From assembly GCA_964036045.1 (NCBI GenBank), contig OZ038378.1, positions 194,866,001 through 194,930,000 of the forward strand: DNA of 64,000 nt. Direction: 5' to 3'. How positions within the stretch are numbered: position 1 is the stretch's first letter; the number at the start of each line of letters is the position of its first letter. This document shows, piece by piece, positions 24,298 to 37,793 of the stretch. This DNA comes from Eutreptiella sp. 'Long Island Sound 2002' (Eukaryota; Protista; Euglenida). The notes beneath the pieces are model-generated. The model ran no database searches. It was not told the DNA's origin and saw only the letters and a program-made list of their open reading frames with translations. The position numbers were made by a program, and so were the translations under genes.

Positions 24298-26030
24298 TTG
24301 CTATCTCTATTATGGGCCTGCACCATTCCGCGCAAGCGTTGGCCCGTGCTGAGACGTATCCTCGAAACAATCCTCTCGCCTGGCCTTTTTTGTGAATTTG
24401 ATGGTTATTATGACTACCTCCACCAGGGGAGCGAATACGGCCATGAGCCCCAGGTCACCGATGAGGTAGCTGCGAAGGGCCCGGGGGAGGCAGGAAAGGT
24501 GCACATCGCGTATATGGCGTATATGGCGTATATGGCGTCGTCTCATTCTGAGATCTCCGCGGCGTATATAACCGTGCTTCACGCCACGCCCGTCACCAGC
24601 ACATTCGCTCAAAGCATCAGTCAGCGGTCTCTAACATGCTGGAGTCTGTGCGGGTCACCACAAGAGGGCTCCGTCACACTCGGGCTCATGTCACTTCATC
24701 AGTCTTTCTTCATTATAAAAATAAAGAGAAGTGCCGCATGTTGCTCAATGCAGTGCGCATAAATGCTTCCGACCCTTGCCCCCCCCCCCCCCGAAAAATA
24801 CTTCTTCCCACGCTCGGCCACCTCAGCCAAACCATCAGGGGGTCACGCTCTGGCAGGTGGCTCTGCAAGATCGATTTGCAAAACTGCTACTGGAGCATAC
24901 GGCTACCTCGGTCCTGGCACAGGGTATTTGTGGTCGAAGCAAACAACACACGCTATAAATACACGAGGCTTCCATTTGGCTGGAAGCACTCCCCGGCGTT
25001 TTGCCAAAACCTAGTCAAACGCATTGTTGCTTCAGCCCTTTCGCAGCTCCAGGAAAAGGTGGGCCATAAGGTCTATCTTGACGACATCCTGCTGGACTCA
25101 GGCCGGCGGCGCACTCCGATTCAAGGGAGGAGAAAGGTGGTCCAGAATTTTAAACAGGCGGGGTTCATCATCAATGTAAAAAGTGAACTCCGCCCCACAA
25201 AGAGGCTGGGCTTTGTAGGTAAGCTTCTCAACACGCTACGCAAAACTATTACAAACCAGCCTGCGGTGCTTGCTAGGGCATTTCGCATGTGGCTCCGAGG
25301 TGTAGGTGTAGGCACAGGCACCATGTCGGGGTCTGACCTCCTGCGCCTCATGGGACGCATACAGTGGCTGGCGCGCCCGGGCACCCTGTCCTCCTTCCTA
25401 TCAGGTGCTTACCAAGCGGCCTACAGTGGTACCGGGCGATTCACCAGGGGGCTGATACGGGCCACAGGCACTGCCCCGATGTTCGCTCTTTTTCCACAAT
25501 CCTACCGCAGGACACCTGCAGCTAGTGGCGTTACTTACTTTGCGGATGCGGCACCTCCGTGCTCCACCTGCCCATTCTTCACAGTGGGCATCGTGGGACC
25601 CAAAGGGTGTTATCGTTCTCGTCGATGCCCCCGCTAGATTGCGTCCATGCCTCAAGCAGAGCTGTATGGGCTATATATGGCGGCAAAAATCGCTGCATAT
25701 GAAGGGCATGACACCGTCTGCCTGGGTGTCGACAATGATACGGCCCGGCAACAGGCGCTGCAACAGGAAGCAACCACGCACTGTACTGTACAAAACAGAC
25801 TCCTGCGGCGGCTATTTTGGCTTAGGCTCTGGTCTGGCATCAGGATGGTTCTTTTTAGAGTCACCTCGACTGAAAACCCGGCGGATCCCATGTCCCGTGT
25901 GCACTCATTCCCCTCCGTGGCCCAGGCCATGAAAGGGGCGGATGAACGCCTCGCCCTGTGGAAGGCGAGTACTGTGCCTTACAAACACATTCAAATGGTG
26001 GAGGCGCTCCCGTGGTCCACGCGTGTGTGA
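24298..26030 (+). pseudogene. RT-RNase H of element 2
   Basis: KIDLQNCYW, LPFGWKHSP, VYLDDILL, GFVG; RNase H FADAA, QAELYG, VDNDTA, RVTSTENPADPMSR. TAG at 25635. Confidence 0.9.
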
Positions 26031-26043
26031 CGCCCCCCCCCCC

Positions 26044-26478
26044 CCCAGCACCTGGGTCAAAGTCCCGTCCCACGTCACAGTGGAGGGCAACAACGAAGCA
26101 GACCGGCTGGCGGACCTAGGCCGCCTCTCCAGCCCACTACACCCCATACTGCACACACCAAGCACCTTTTCTGATTTTTCACCACCACGGTTTACCCCTC
26201 TCAAGAAGGCACGTTTTGCAGCTACGTCAACACATGATCTGTCTGAGGTCTCACGAAAAATTGTCTTTCAATCTCCAGCAGCAGTACGTTTTTCCTCCGT
26301 CACTGCAAGTGACATCCTCAGATCACTAGACCTGGAGCCTTTATCTGACTCTGACGAGTCGGGTACCATATCAGATTATAGCGACTCTGACACCGTCACC
26401 GCCGACGACGACAGTGACAATGACAGTGCCTACAGCACTGATGTTAGCGACACGAGAAAACGACGCCTCAGCCAGTAG
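26044..26478 (+). pseudogene. LINE 3' fragment (RNase H C-terminus and acidic tail) inside element 2
   Basis: WVKVPSHVTVEGNNEADRLADLGR parallels WVKVPSHVDIAENEQADRLAERGR of the LINE near 37140. Confidence 0.85.
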
Positions 26479-26526
26479 ACTGCTTTCTAAGTTTTGAATG
26501 TTTCTTCCCACAAAGACAGTATGGGA

Positions 26527-26575
26527 GGCAGTGTGGTATAGTGGATAGCATCGTCAGCGATGCTGGAGCCCAGGG
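26527..26575 (+). promoter_or_regulatory. tRNA-like A-box head
   Basis: TGGTATAGTGG (26534-26544) is a consensus A box, followed by hairpin AGCATCG-TCAG-CGATGCT. No clean B box. Confidence 0.4.
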
Positions 26576-29075
26576 TGCTTCCACTGAAGCACGCGGCACT
26601 TCACCTGACATATGGTCCCACAAACACACAGCTATGCAGCCTTGTCAGCTCGCACGTAATACAGCGATTGTCTACCTCCCCTTTTCCCCTCCAGCAGGAG
26701 AACAGAAAGCCGTATGGTTAGGCCGAAGGAGTGCATCAGGCTATATGGCCCTGTGATTCACTGCGACACATCAACACAGACGCAGCTTGAGGGCGTGGCT
26801 GTTTTTCATGCACCATCTAGCTCAGCAACACACAGGTATTGATCTATAGTGGTTCGCCGTCCACAGGTTATATAACAAATGCAGCTGCCACTGGCACCGC
26901 TGATTGAAACCTTGTACCTACTTGTTGTACATTGAATAGTGGAGCACCCCAACCAAGAAGGGGGCACATGCATCTGTGAGAGAACCTCTGGACTAATGGC
27001 TGAAAGTGTCTATGGCGGGGACATTCAGTCGATCAGCACCGACCATTGATCCCCAGCACCTCTATCTTTGCCCGATAAGGGGGCTGCCTCCCCCCCCCCC
27101 CCCACACAGTCGAACACGCCCGTCCTTTCTTCTTGGGTCGCGCCAGCCGCTTCGTGGTCTATTTTGGCCACGGGACGGCCTGTACATACAGTGTGTTGCT
27201 GCCCCATTGTCCAATGCCCCCAGCCAATCTCGCCACTCCTCACCTCAGACCGGCTGTACTCCGCCCTGGGGGGGGGGGGGGATGCAACGACCTCGCACGG
27301 CCTCCCTCCGGCCTTAGGCGCCAGGCAATTTCGCCGGCCACTTTCTGTACCCGCTGTACATAGATTGCATTTCGCACTCGCTTTGCGGCCAGCTCTGCAT
27401 CCACGCCGGATAGGGCTCTGCTGTCAGTGCAAGGCGTGACATATTGCTGGCCCTTTTAGGTGGCCTTTACATGGACCACTATTTTTTCTAAGACAAATCG
27501 CCTCCCTTCTGGCGAGCTCTGCGTCCCTTCTTATCACAGCGCCCACGGGGAGAATGGTTGTCACAACTCCATGACCACACCCGGTGGTCTATTCTGGGCT
27601 TACTGCGCAGGGTGCTCAGGTACTACACACTGCGCTCACATCCGTTCGCCTGTTTTTAGGATGTGACGTCAACGGTGCACTGCCTGGGTGAGGTCAGGGA
27701 GAATGGGGTGTGTAGAACTGTAGTTCCGTAGGAAAGAGAGTTCTACTGTAACCCCGTTATCCCCGTCCCTGGCTGTGTTGAGCGTATTTATTTGCTTCAC
27801 CTTCGTTGTTTGTACAATGAGCCAACCCTCCCACCCGCCCAGGATGAGTTTTTGTGTTCCTGAGTTCCGGGAGATTGGACACGCTGCAGGTCCACAGTTG
27901 ATACTGATGCCTGCAGCAGTGTCAGATGAAATGAAATGAAATGTGGGATGTGCCTAGTACCAACAATCTTGAAGTGCTGTGCTTGCACATCGACCAAGAA
28001 GTAGATTTTTGTGGATTTGCGCACGTCATATACCAGTGGCCTGAGTGCAAGCCCCTTCTAATAGATACCGCTGGAGCACAAGTCAAGTACGCTCCTCTCA
28101 TTTTGGCTTGAACGGGCCCTGTCAGTTTTTTTTCTATAAAATCTTCTCTTTTCGTACAGTGCCCATAGGTGGTTGGTTACACAATAGGTGTCTTGGCATG
28201 CCTCTTGCAAGGAGTTCTATGCATGACACAGTTGGGTGCAACGAGTGTGCATGCAGTATGACATCTCCGTGTGGATGCCGTTAGGGCAACCCGCATTGTG
28301 GCTTTTGCCAATTAGTGCCCCCAGTCCGCCAGGCTAGTGCACGCCAACAGCCCGCAGTGAAGGGAGGGTAGGGCACAAGCAGAGAGCATAGAGGAAGCTG
28401 TTCATGTGAAGAAGATTGGCATGAAGAGCGCCGCCGCGGTCATTCCATCACCGATCACAGAGGCAAGCTTACCCGTGGGGGCCCTTGCGCGGGGTGCGGG
28501 GCTTGCATATGGATGCTGCTGTAGGGATGTACAGCACGTATAGTCTTGTTGTCATGCTGAGAGGGGAGAAAGGCCGCAACGGACACACTGCGAGTGGTAT
28601 TTGGATGTACGGGGGCTCATGCACCCATGGCCCATTGTGCTCTGCTGCCAGCATTTCCCAATTTGGGACTAACGTGGGGTGCCACAGTGTGCTTTGTTGC
28701 CAACACTTCCCAATGTGAGACTAACATGTAGTGCTTCAACCCCTTGTTGCTTTCTTAACGGCCAGTGTGGCATTGACGCGGAGTTCTATGGTCCGGGATG
28801 CCAAGCCGCATACAGCTGGCTCAGCACCTATGATTTGGTCAGTTGTTTCCTGTTGAGGCTTTCTTGCTCTTTTGTCAACCCTTTTGTCAACCCTGTTCTA
28901 ACTTTCTCCAGTGTGGGTGTGTATGTACCACATTGTTGACTCTGTGAAATCATCTTGCTTCTTCCACATTCAGGCCCTCGCCATTTTTCTGTTTCATCAA
29001 ATGGATTGGCATAGCCAAATGGAGCTATAGCCCTCCTTCTCTCCACTGGAATGCGCTTGCCAACACACTGGAATA

Positions 29076-29203
29076 CGGTGTGGTAAGGCCAAATCTGCCT
29101 TCAAACTGCATGGTTAGACCCTACATATGTAGATTGGCGCGGTGTGGTAAGGCCAAATCTGCCTTCAAACTGCATGGTTAGACCCTACGTATGTAGATTG
29201 GCG
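29076..29203 (+). repeat. 64 bp tandem duplication
   Basis: CGGTGTGGTAAGGCC...GTAGATTGGCG twice, with one substitution. Confidence 0.95.
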
Positions 29204-31366
29204 CAGTTGCCTGATTTGCTTTTTTGTCACCTCCAATGGCTACATGATGCTGACACTTTTTGGAGTTTGCAGTTGGACCCCAGACTGCCCGTGTCCTAGG
29301 TCTTTCATCTATGTTCCATTCATTGCCTTGGAATTTTGCATCCTTCATCATTCAGGACCCTTGCGTGCACGTGTGCCTTGTGCAAGACAAGACTACTAAT
29401 AGACGAGCTCAAGATTGTGGCAATGCAGGAGGTCTGCTTGAAGAAACTATTTTGCTTCGAATGGCCTTTTGGAGGGAAAAAATGCTGGGTGGTTTTCGAT
29501 GGGCATCAATGGTAAAAGCATGCAAATCACTTGGCCACATGAAACACCCCATCACAATTGGCATTTCGTGTAATAGAGTAGACAAAGTCCATGGCAACCA
29601 ATGATGACCACTCACATGTGCTTGCTGACCTTGGCTAACCTACCTGCTGGCAATCCACCACCACAACCACATGACTTCCTCATACACAGACACATAATGC
29701 CGGCACCCACCCAGTCCTCCAAACTCTGGGCGACACCTCATGGCAAACCTAGAGCACCTGTTTTAGATACACTGTAGCCATGTACTCTACATGTATAGGC
29801 AGCAAACGAAATGTGCGAGTAGGGAGCAAGTGGCCCACAACACGTACAGAAAAATTCTGGACATGTGCCAACAAGACACCATACCGATGCACCAAACATT
29901 GTACCTCATACACATGCGACCTAAGAAAAATTGGAATCCCGCCTTGTGGGAAATCCCTGGCACCATGAAGGCACCAAAATTGGAATTTCACTAAAAGAGA
30001 ACAGCTGAGATTGAAGTTTTATGTGAACTCGACCGATTTCCCAAGACCTTGCTGACCAACCGCCAAGAGGCCCAGACATCCAGCACTTGAACCCCAAAGC
30101 TTGGCACAACCTACTTCCTCAAAAATATATCTCAACACTTTTATCCAATCCATGCAACTAGAATGGCAGTTCTGCGCACCCAAGCCAATGCCACTTGCTG
30201 CAACCTCCAAGAATCTCTAGCAACCCCTAGTGCAGCCTCCAGCGATCGGCAGCAACTGTTCGTACAAAAGAAATTTCCCATGACGGGCTTACATCATTCG
30301 GGTGATCATTTGGTTACGATGCAGGCTGGGGCACCCATGGGGACCCACGTGGTGGCCCGAGGCCCATGTAACCTAGCCCCACCCCACCCCCCCGGAAAGC
30401 CCGGAAATTGTCGTTGTTTAGGCTGTTCACTAGCATCTGAAAATTTTCGAAACTTTGATTCTTTGCCAAAACCCTTGGATCAATCTAGCCCACTAGTCGT
30501 CTGTGTGCAAGGTGGTTCCGAAGGCAGGGGGCACGGGAATTTTTCAAAAAAAATAATTGTGGAAACCCTTCTATCACCTTTGGGATGCGGGGTGATCATT
30601 CAGTGAAAAGTGATGCGCAAAATGTGTTTGCCAGGGACCGGGATCACTTCCGGCAGGTCCGGGCACAAAAAGTGACTAAGCTAGGAGCGCCTTGCCCTCC
30701 CGTACCATTCGGACACATTTTATTGACACAACAAAGGTTTAGAGCTCAGCACACTAACATCAATTATGGCGGGTAGGCGGCAAGGTACGGTAATGTACTG
30801 TCTCAGACAATGAGTCTGAAGGGCCAGATCATTCAAACACAATGTCGAACAGTTGCCGATGGCACTGGACAGTTTACAAAAAAAACTAACATCAATTATG
30901 TGTCCATATGAGTTCATTTAACGGAGTTACATGTCCGAACTGCTGAACATGGCCGCATGTGCATACTGGGACATGCATGTGTGGAGCGCTTTGTGACTTG
31001 CTTGCAGCCCCCTTTTGGGAGGTGACAATTAGTTCTAGCTTAACCTTCTGGCCAACAGTCTTTTAGTAGGCCTGTTCTTCACAAATTGCCATGCCATGCT
31101 CAGCTCCACACCAGTGCGGCCTCCATCGGCTGCGTATTTGCCACCCCAAGATCCCGGGGGTACGAGGCCTCACTACACCCCCCCCCCCCCCCACATGCCG
31201 CTCTACACCATGCCCAGCTCCCTGGGGCACGAGCCCTCGCCGGGGCCCACGTGCCACCCCGTGCCATGCCTAGTCCCAAGGTGCATGCTAGGCCTCCGTC
31301 CAGCAGCACCGATGGGGCTGCTGCGCACGAGTTCTAACCCAATGCCCCCCACATTGGCATTTTGTA

Positions 31367-33118
31367 GTGCTGCATGTACACCCTCCCCTGACATCGGCGG
31401 ATGCGGACGTCAACCAGCTCATTCATGACCAGAAGGATACCATTGCCAGGCAGCAGGAGGCGCTAAGACTCCAGCGTGAGAAACTGGAAGCACACTTTGC
31501 AACAAACAAGCGGTTGAGGGAGCCTGGGAGTACCCCATCCCCGAAAAAAGGGGGTGCCTTTGCTAAAAACATTGTTACGAACGTGGCCCAGGCCAGGCAG
31601 ATCTCAGAACAGGCACGAGAGCCGGCCACTGCCCCCCTCATAGAGCAAAATGAGCAAGAACAATTAGCGTACCAATTCCAGTGGGAGCATTTTTACCAAA
31701 TTTTTCAGGAGGAAACTAGGTTGTCCACAGACAGAAAAGCTGTCCAATGGTCCCAGCTGGCCAAGATGTCGGAACAGCAGATTCGCGAAACTTTCCCTGA
31801 CCCGGATTGTGATGTCATTTTTGTTGTCTCTTACAACGAGGTCCACCAGCTAAAGGAGTTTGGTGATAAGTTCATCTCCACTGCTAGAATCAAAAGGTGT
31901 GACCTGCTCATCGTCTCAGAGGACGACAAGCCCCTCTTCCCCAATGCTGGCCCCTTCCTAGAGAAAACCGTGCCTTGGCACCTTGATGAGGTCTTCAAGC
32001 TAGGGAGGGCAGTAGTCACCATGGGAGGCCCATAACTCTTCTGCTTTGTAGCGACCTCCAGTGCCAGCGGCAGACAGAACAGGCTCGCCGCGACCTTTCA
32101 AAAAAAGAAGCTGTTAGCCCAGGGACTGGGCGCTATCCACTTTGAACTCTCTGTCCCCACTTCGGATGAACCTTGGTATGCAGTAACGGCAGAGGATAAA
32201 GCCATCCCTGGCCTACTTGATGGGCTGGGGAGAAAGGGCCCTCAATGCATCTCAAACCCGCACAGAAACATCCGTGGAGCACGTGTGATATGGCATCAAC
32301 TACAGCCTGAGGACATGAAAGGCATGTTAGCTGCCTACAAGAATTGCCCGTTTTTCGGCATCATGCGCGAGGATGAATTCCCCGGTGATGAGATGGAGAG
32401 CTGCCCACTCGTCCTACAGCTGTTTCCTGAGGCGAATGTCCGCCAGGCAGTGTCTCCATACATGTGGCACATGATCCACTCCTCGCTGACACAGCACCTC
32501 CCAGATGACACATTTGTGTCCATCCAACTGGCTTCCAAAACAAAAGTGAGAGTTGGGCTGAGGGATGTTTCCGCCGCCCAGATGTGGCTTCTCAGAGCCA
32601 AGTTCGAACTGGAGGTAATGGGTCTGAATATCAAAAACGAAAGAACCAACGAGCCGGTCTCTGATTTTGTGGATGGCTCTGACACGGAGAGCACGGCCTC
32701 CAATCAGTCATCCAGGTCCCAGTCTGGCAGGTTGTCCCCAATGGACCAGATGGTCTTTTATGATGTCCCGCCCAGGCTTCAGGAGCCTGACATTCTTCAG
32801 ATGTTTAAAAACAAGGAAAAATCGGTCTTGTCCGCCTCGCGCCTCTCCTGGACTCCAGGGGACATCAGCCTGTCGGCGTGGCAAATCTCTGCTCACGACA
32901 TGATGTCCCTCAACGGTGCGGTGGTCAGAGACCCCGCGAGGAGACAGCCAATGTACATCATCAGTCTCCAACAGTACAATCAGGAAATAGTCGATCAGAG
33001 AAGGAAAGCCAAAGATAGGCGATCAGGTGACACCACCCCGTCTACAACCTCAGCCTCAAGCAATAAGTGGAAATCCTCGTATGTCCAGGTTGTCAGGGCT
33101 AAATCCAAACCACAATGA
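31367..33118 (+). pseudogene. LINE ORF1 (coiled coil, basic tail), one internal stop at 32033
   Basis: Same frame continues across the TAA to the TGA at 33116-33118. The start is probably further 5' across a C-run frameshift. Confidence 0.7.
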
Positions 33119-36100
33119 TGTCTCCCCAACCCCCACCGATCTTCGGTTCACTCTCACTGATGACCCTCAATTCCAACGGCCTTCTCACGAGAGTTAAAAA
33201 AGGAAAAAAACAGGTTACTAAGCTGTCTATTGTCCTACAGCATCTTGCTGCTAATTCCATCGACGTGGCTGCCCTTCAGGAGCCACACATCAAATCGTGG
33301 GAGCAATACTCCCTCATTCGTGACAGATTTGACAGACAGGGTTATCACTTCCTCTCCAATCTCTCCCCCGAGGGTCATGGAGGGGCCGCCATTGTTTTCA
33401 AGCATGGATGGAGATTGGTCAATATGTTCGCCTTGGAACCACGCATCCTCGCGGCGGTCATTGAAAATATTGATGGGCAGCAGCTTTTCGTTGTATCTGC
33501 CCACTTCCACCACAGGGCTAAACTCAGGAAGGCGCAGTGGGACAAGCTTTTGATAAGCCTGCTCCCCTTACAGTATGACAATAAGATTTTGCTTGCTGAT
33601 CATAACTCACTGATTGTCCCGGCCCGTGACTCAGCACCAGTGTTCGAGGACAAGAACACTACCATTGTGGAGTCCCGGGAAACCGAGATCAGGGTCCTAC
33701 AGAAATTGGGTTTCACGGATGCCTACACGGAAGTGCACACTTGTGATTCCAAGCAGGAGCCTAACCCAGGGTTCACCTATGGATTTGGAACCAAGGACAC
33801 ACCACAGGACCATTCCTCTGATTCTGATCTTGAATCAGGGACACACAACCTAAGGAGAATAGACAGAATCCATTTGTCTCAATCCCTGCTCCCGCATTTA
33901 TCTGAGGCTTACGCCTCGTTTGTTGCTCGCGCGGATCACAAAGCAGTGACCGTCTCCTGTAAGCCACCGAATTTTGATGCTATGAGAACCAGACTACGCT
34001 GCCCTCAAGAAATTCTTGAGGATGATGAAGCAGTGGAATCACTAAGACACCATCTATAGGATCTACCTGGGGACTCAAAGGATTGGTGGGACATGGCTCT
34101 GCAGGCCATGCGCTCGGAAGCCAACAGGTATAGCAGGGAACACAGGGCTCCACGTGATTGGAACCTGCTCGGTATCATTCACATTTCATCTGTACACCAG
34201 GTGTGTGCCCAAGGATGGGCATACCTGTCCCAAAACAACTACACACCCCAGTCTGAGTCCGCTGCATACTCACTGCTCGTTGCGATTTTTGAAAAGGACT
34301 CCTCGGACAAAACAGGCTTAAAACTGCTGGCTAAACTTAAAGGCCTGCTGGCTGGGGAAGATCTACAGCAGGATTCCCCAAAGGAGCGCCACCGCCAAAT
34401 AAACAAACTGATGACTGAGCTTCAGCAGCGGAAAAAACTAGGGTGGATCAGGGATAAGACAGGTTAGGTGCTCAATCAGCCTGTGCAGATTGCGGCGGCC
34501 CTGGCTCAGCATTGGGCTGCTATCTCAGTCCCAGGTCAGTAAACCGCAGATGAGTGTCTGTCCTTTTTGAAGGGCATGAGACTGCCTTCCAATTTTTCTG
34601 TTATGGCCAAGGCCCTCCTGAGACCACTTTCTCTTGAAATTGTTGAAACAGCCCTCAGCAACCTCCACAACCAAGTCTCCCCTGGAGATGATGGAATGGG
34701 GGCCCGGTTTTACAAGACCTTTTCGGATATCTTTGTACCCAGAATGTTTGAGGTTGCATCAGAGTGCTTTGAGTCGGGTTCCATCTTTCCAGACTGGGCA
34801 GTTGGACTAATTAACTCTATTCCGAAGTCCACTGGCACTCCGTCGGTTGGCAGGCTCAGACCTATCGCGTTACAGGACGTAAAAAAGAAATGGATCATGA
34901 ATATTGTTTGTCTGATGGTGGAACAAATTTTTCAACGGCTCACGCATCGTAGACAAGTCGGCTGCGTTAAGGGAAGGCATATGATCAACCACATCTGGGC
35001 AGCTCGGTCTGGGTGGGAGGGCATGAGGTCAGGAGTTCTTGTGAGCTTCGATTTTTCGAATGCGTTCCCCACTCTCACACACAACTTTATCACGGCGGTA
35101 TTGCGACTAATTGAACTACCTGAGTGTATCATCTCTTTCATCCTTTTGACCCTGACCGCCCCCTACCACTTCTATGTGGGAAGGGGGGTGGTCAGGGAGG
35201 TGGTGTTCCACCCGGCCGCGGGCATTGGCCAGGGTGACCCCTTCTCGCCCGTGCTCTTCTCCTTTTGTGTCTCCTTTGTATTGTTTGGGTTTGATTCCCT
35301 AATGCATGTGCAAGCATATATGTACGCTGATGACCTTGGAGCCTTGATCCAAGGGCGACATGTATCCTCTATTGTATATGACGTTCTGGAAATGATGAAA
35401 CAATTTGGCATATTTTCTGGTCTTCTGCTCAACCTGGGCAAGTGTGGCATTGTGGTCAAAGGCAATCTCTCCACCAGGGACCAACAGTTGGGGTCCCTGG
35501 ACAGTTGGGGGGTAACACTACGAGAACTGGCGCAGCACCCGGAGTGTGGGGGGTTCCAGCTCCCCACCCCCAAATGTTGGCTTCATGCTCAGTTTGGACT
35601 GTCCTTCCACAAGTTTTTGCAGCACCCTGAAGTTTTCACTGAGACAGTCACCTCCCCCTTCAGAACTTGGTGTGCCAAGTATGGCGTTTGCCTGCATGCT
35701 TGGGCGTGGCCCTACATTCAGCTGGGTCCTGTCCCGTACAAGACATTTGGCTACCTTGCGTATAGCTTGAAATCGTTTTCTATTGCTCGCAGGTACATCC
35801 TTGACGGCCTCGCAGATCCCACGGCTCAGGGACAGTTGCCACTGTGGCACTCGGCGGTTTTCAAAAATGCCAAACAACTCACTTATTACTGCCCGGTCCT
35901 GATAAAGAAGAGCATACTTACAGTCCAGGACCTCTATGGCCTTGACGGACGGATCCCGGCCCACCTGCTCAGCAAAATAGCCCCAACTTGGAAGGTGGTA
36001 TATGAGGTGGGGCTTGCCAATTTTATGCATCACCAGCCCACAGACTGGTCCCCCCCCTCGGTGTGGGTGGGGGCCTGGGCCAAAACGGATACACTCAAAC

Positions 36101-37657
36101 GCCTGGCCCCGGACCCGGAGACAGTCACACGACACTCACCGGCAGTTTGGAAGGCCTTTTGGCGATCGAAGCTGCCGCCCTCCATTGTAGATTTTGTGCA
36201 CCAGGTTCTTTGGCGCAAACTGAAAGTGGCTGAGCGCCTTTCTCCCTGGACGCAGGATTCCAGGTGCCCTGTCTGTGGAACCACTGAAACTATTGATCAT
36301 GCCTTGAATAGCTGCAGGTTTCATATTATCATCTTCGACACACTAGACAAGTGCTGGGACACGGTGGTGGCTGACAACAAGCCGCATGCTGCTCGTTCCC
36401 TCCCACTCCAGACCACGTTCTCCACCCCTTTGGGTATCATGATGTGGACGGCTCTGGCCGCTCACTGGTCATTCCGCAACTCACTGATCAGAGGGGGGAT
36501 TGGCTCCTACGATGGTTTTTTGTCTGTATGGATTAAGTTTGTAGCTCTTCTCGCAGTCTGGGAGCCAATCTCTCGTTATTCTGACGTCTTTTGGCAGTTT
36601 CATAAGTCTTTAAGTCATTTACTCACCCAGGGCTCCCTTATCACCACTAAGATTTGTTTTGAACCCTCAGAGCATGAACGGGAGGAAAGGGCACGGAAAC
36701 GCAGCAAAAAAATGGAACGCAAGCATGAATTGGCAGTCCTGGCCCGAGAAGAAATTGCGTCCTTGCAACAACAAGGATATGTCGTTGTTTATACTGACGG
36801 CTCAGCAGAATGGGTACAGCAGGTGGGATGGGTGGGGGGGGTATGGATGTTATGAACCCACTGAGAAGTGGGAGCACTGCTCTTACCTCCCCCCCCACCT
36901 CAGACAATCCATTAACCGCGCAGAACTACAAGCTGTCATCGATGTAGTGCACCACTACAGGCATAGGACACTGTCGGTTGCAGTTGCAACTGATTCAGCT
37001 TACGTGCATGATGGCCTCCAAGGCAAGGCTATGCAATGGAGGGCCACAGGCTGGGTCACATCAAGGGGACCGGTCATCAATGTAGACTTATGGGAAGAAA
37101 TTTTAGACAAACTTTTACACAGCACTTGCAAGTTCCGGTGGGTTAAGGTGCCTAGTCATGTTGACATTGCTGAAAATGAACAGGCAGACAGGCTTGCTGA
37201 GCGAGGCAGGAAGCTGTCCCCCCTGTACAATACAGTGCACAGGGCTGTGCACCACCCTGTCACCCCGCCTTGCTCCCCCCCGGCACCCAGAATTTGCACT
37301 GACGCCTCCACAGGCCCGCACATGCGCGTGGAAATCACCCCACTCCTGCAGCCAGACGATGTAACCCCCCTCATTGAACGAATGAATCGCACACACACTC
37401 ACCCAGAGGATCCTGTGAGACAGCTTTTTCCGGACGATCCAGGGACAGATTCTGAGGGTTTGGTGTCATCAGATCAGGACAGCCAGTCGGAATGCTCCAC
37501 CATTGAATCACCCAGGCAAGGCATTGTTGATGACTACCTCTCTGATGGTAGTCCGAACGACCGCCCTCTCTCCTCAGATACGAGTTCAGCACGGATGTCA
37601 GCTCCACCAGGAAATGATGGAAGTAGAATCGGACCTGGGAGCATTTTCCCCCCCTGA
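33115..37657 (+). pseudogene. LINE ORF2: AP endonuclease, RT, CCHC zinc finger, RNase H
   Basis: MTLNSNG, ALQEPH, LADHN, RRIDRI, ADHKAV; SPGDDG, RPIAL, SFDFSNAF, GQGDPFSP, YADD; CPVCGTTETIDHALNSC; YTDGS, RAELQA, TDSAYV, NEQADRLA. Several stops, a G-run frameshift near 36840 and a probable deletion near 35490. Confidence 0.95.
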
Positions 37658-37793
37658 GGGAGTCACTCCGCCGAGAAATAAATGATACAAACGCCATTTT
37701 TGGTTAGAGGCATGTGTCTCATATCGCAAGCTTAAATGACTGAACCGCGCCATTGCCTTCTTCGGCGAATTTCGCTTCGAGGCATACAGTATC

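Larger units (their letters stand above)
21874..27960 (+). mobile_element. YR retrotransposon 2 (different family, decayed): gag-YR-RT/RNaseH, 6.1 kb
   Basis: A1 21874-21981 resembles A2 27719-27826. Gag, YR and RT/RH motifs contain stops. Flanks rejoin into the host repeat. Confidence 0.9.
31090..37700 (+). mobile_element. Near full-length non-LTR retrotransposon (L1-like: ORF1; APE-RT-zinc finger-RNase H), decayed
   Basis: Domain order and motifs as listed below. Exact ends and TSD not identified. Confidence 0.9.

Noticed and set aside
28060-31050. Protein-like fragments in the host repeat continuation (also 1-1000 and 2900-4000)
   Set aside because: Probably decayed transposons, but no motif I could assign with confidence.
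16885-36845. Frame switches at C/G runs (about 16890, 31190, 36840) as programmed frameshifts
   Set aside because: Homopolymer length error or slippage mutation explains them, and there is no slippery heptamer.
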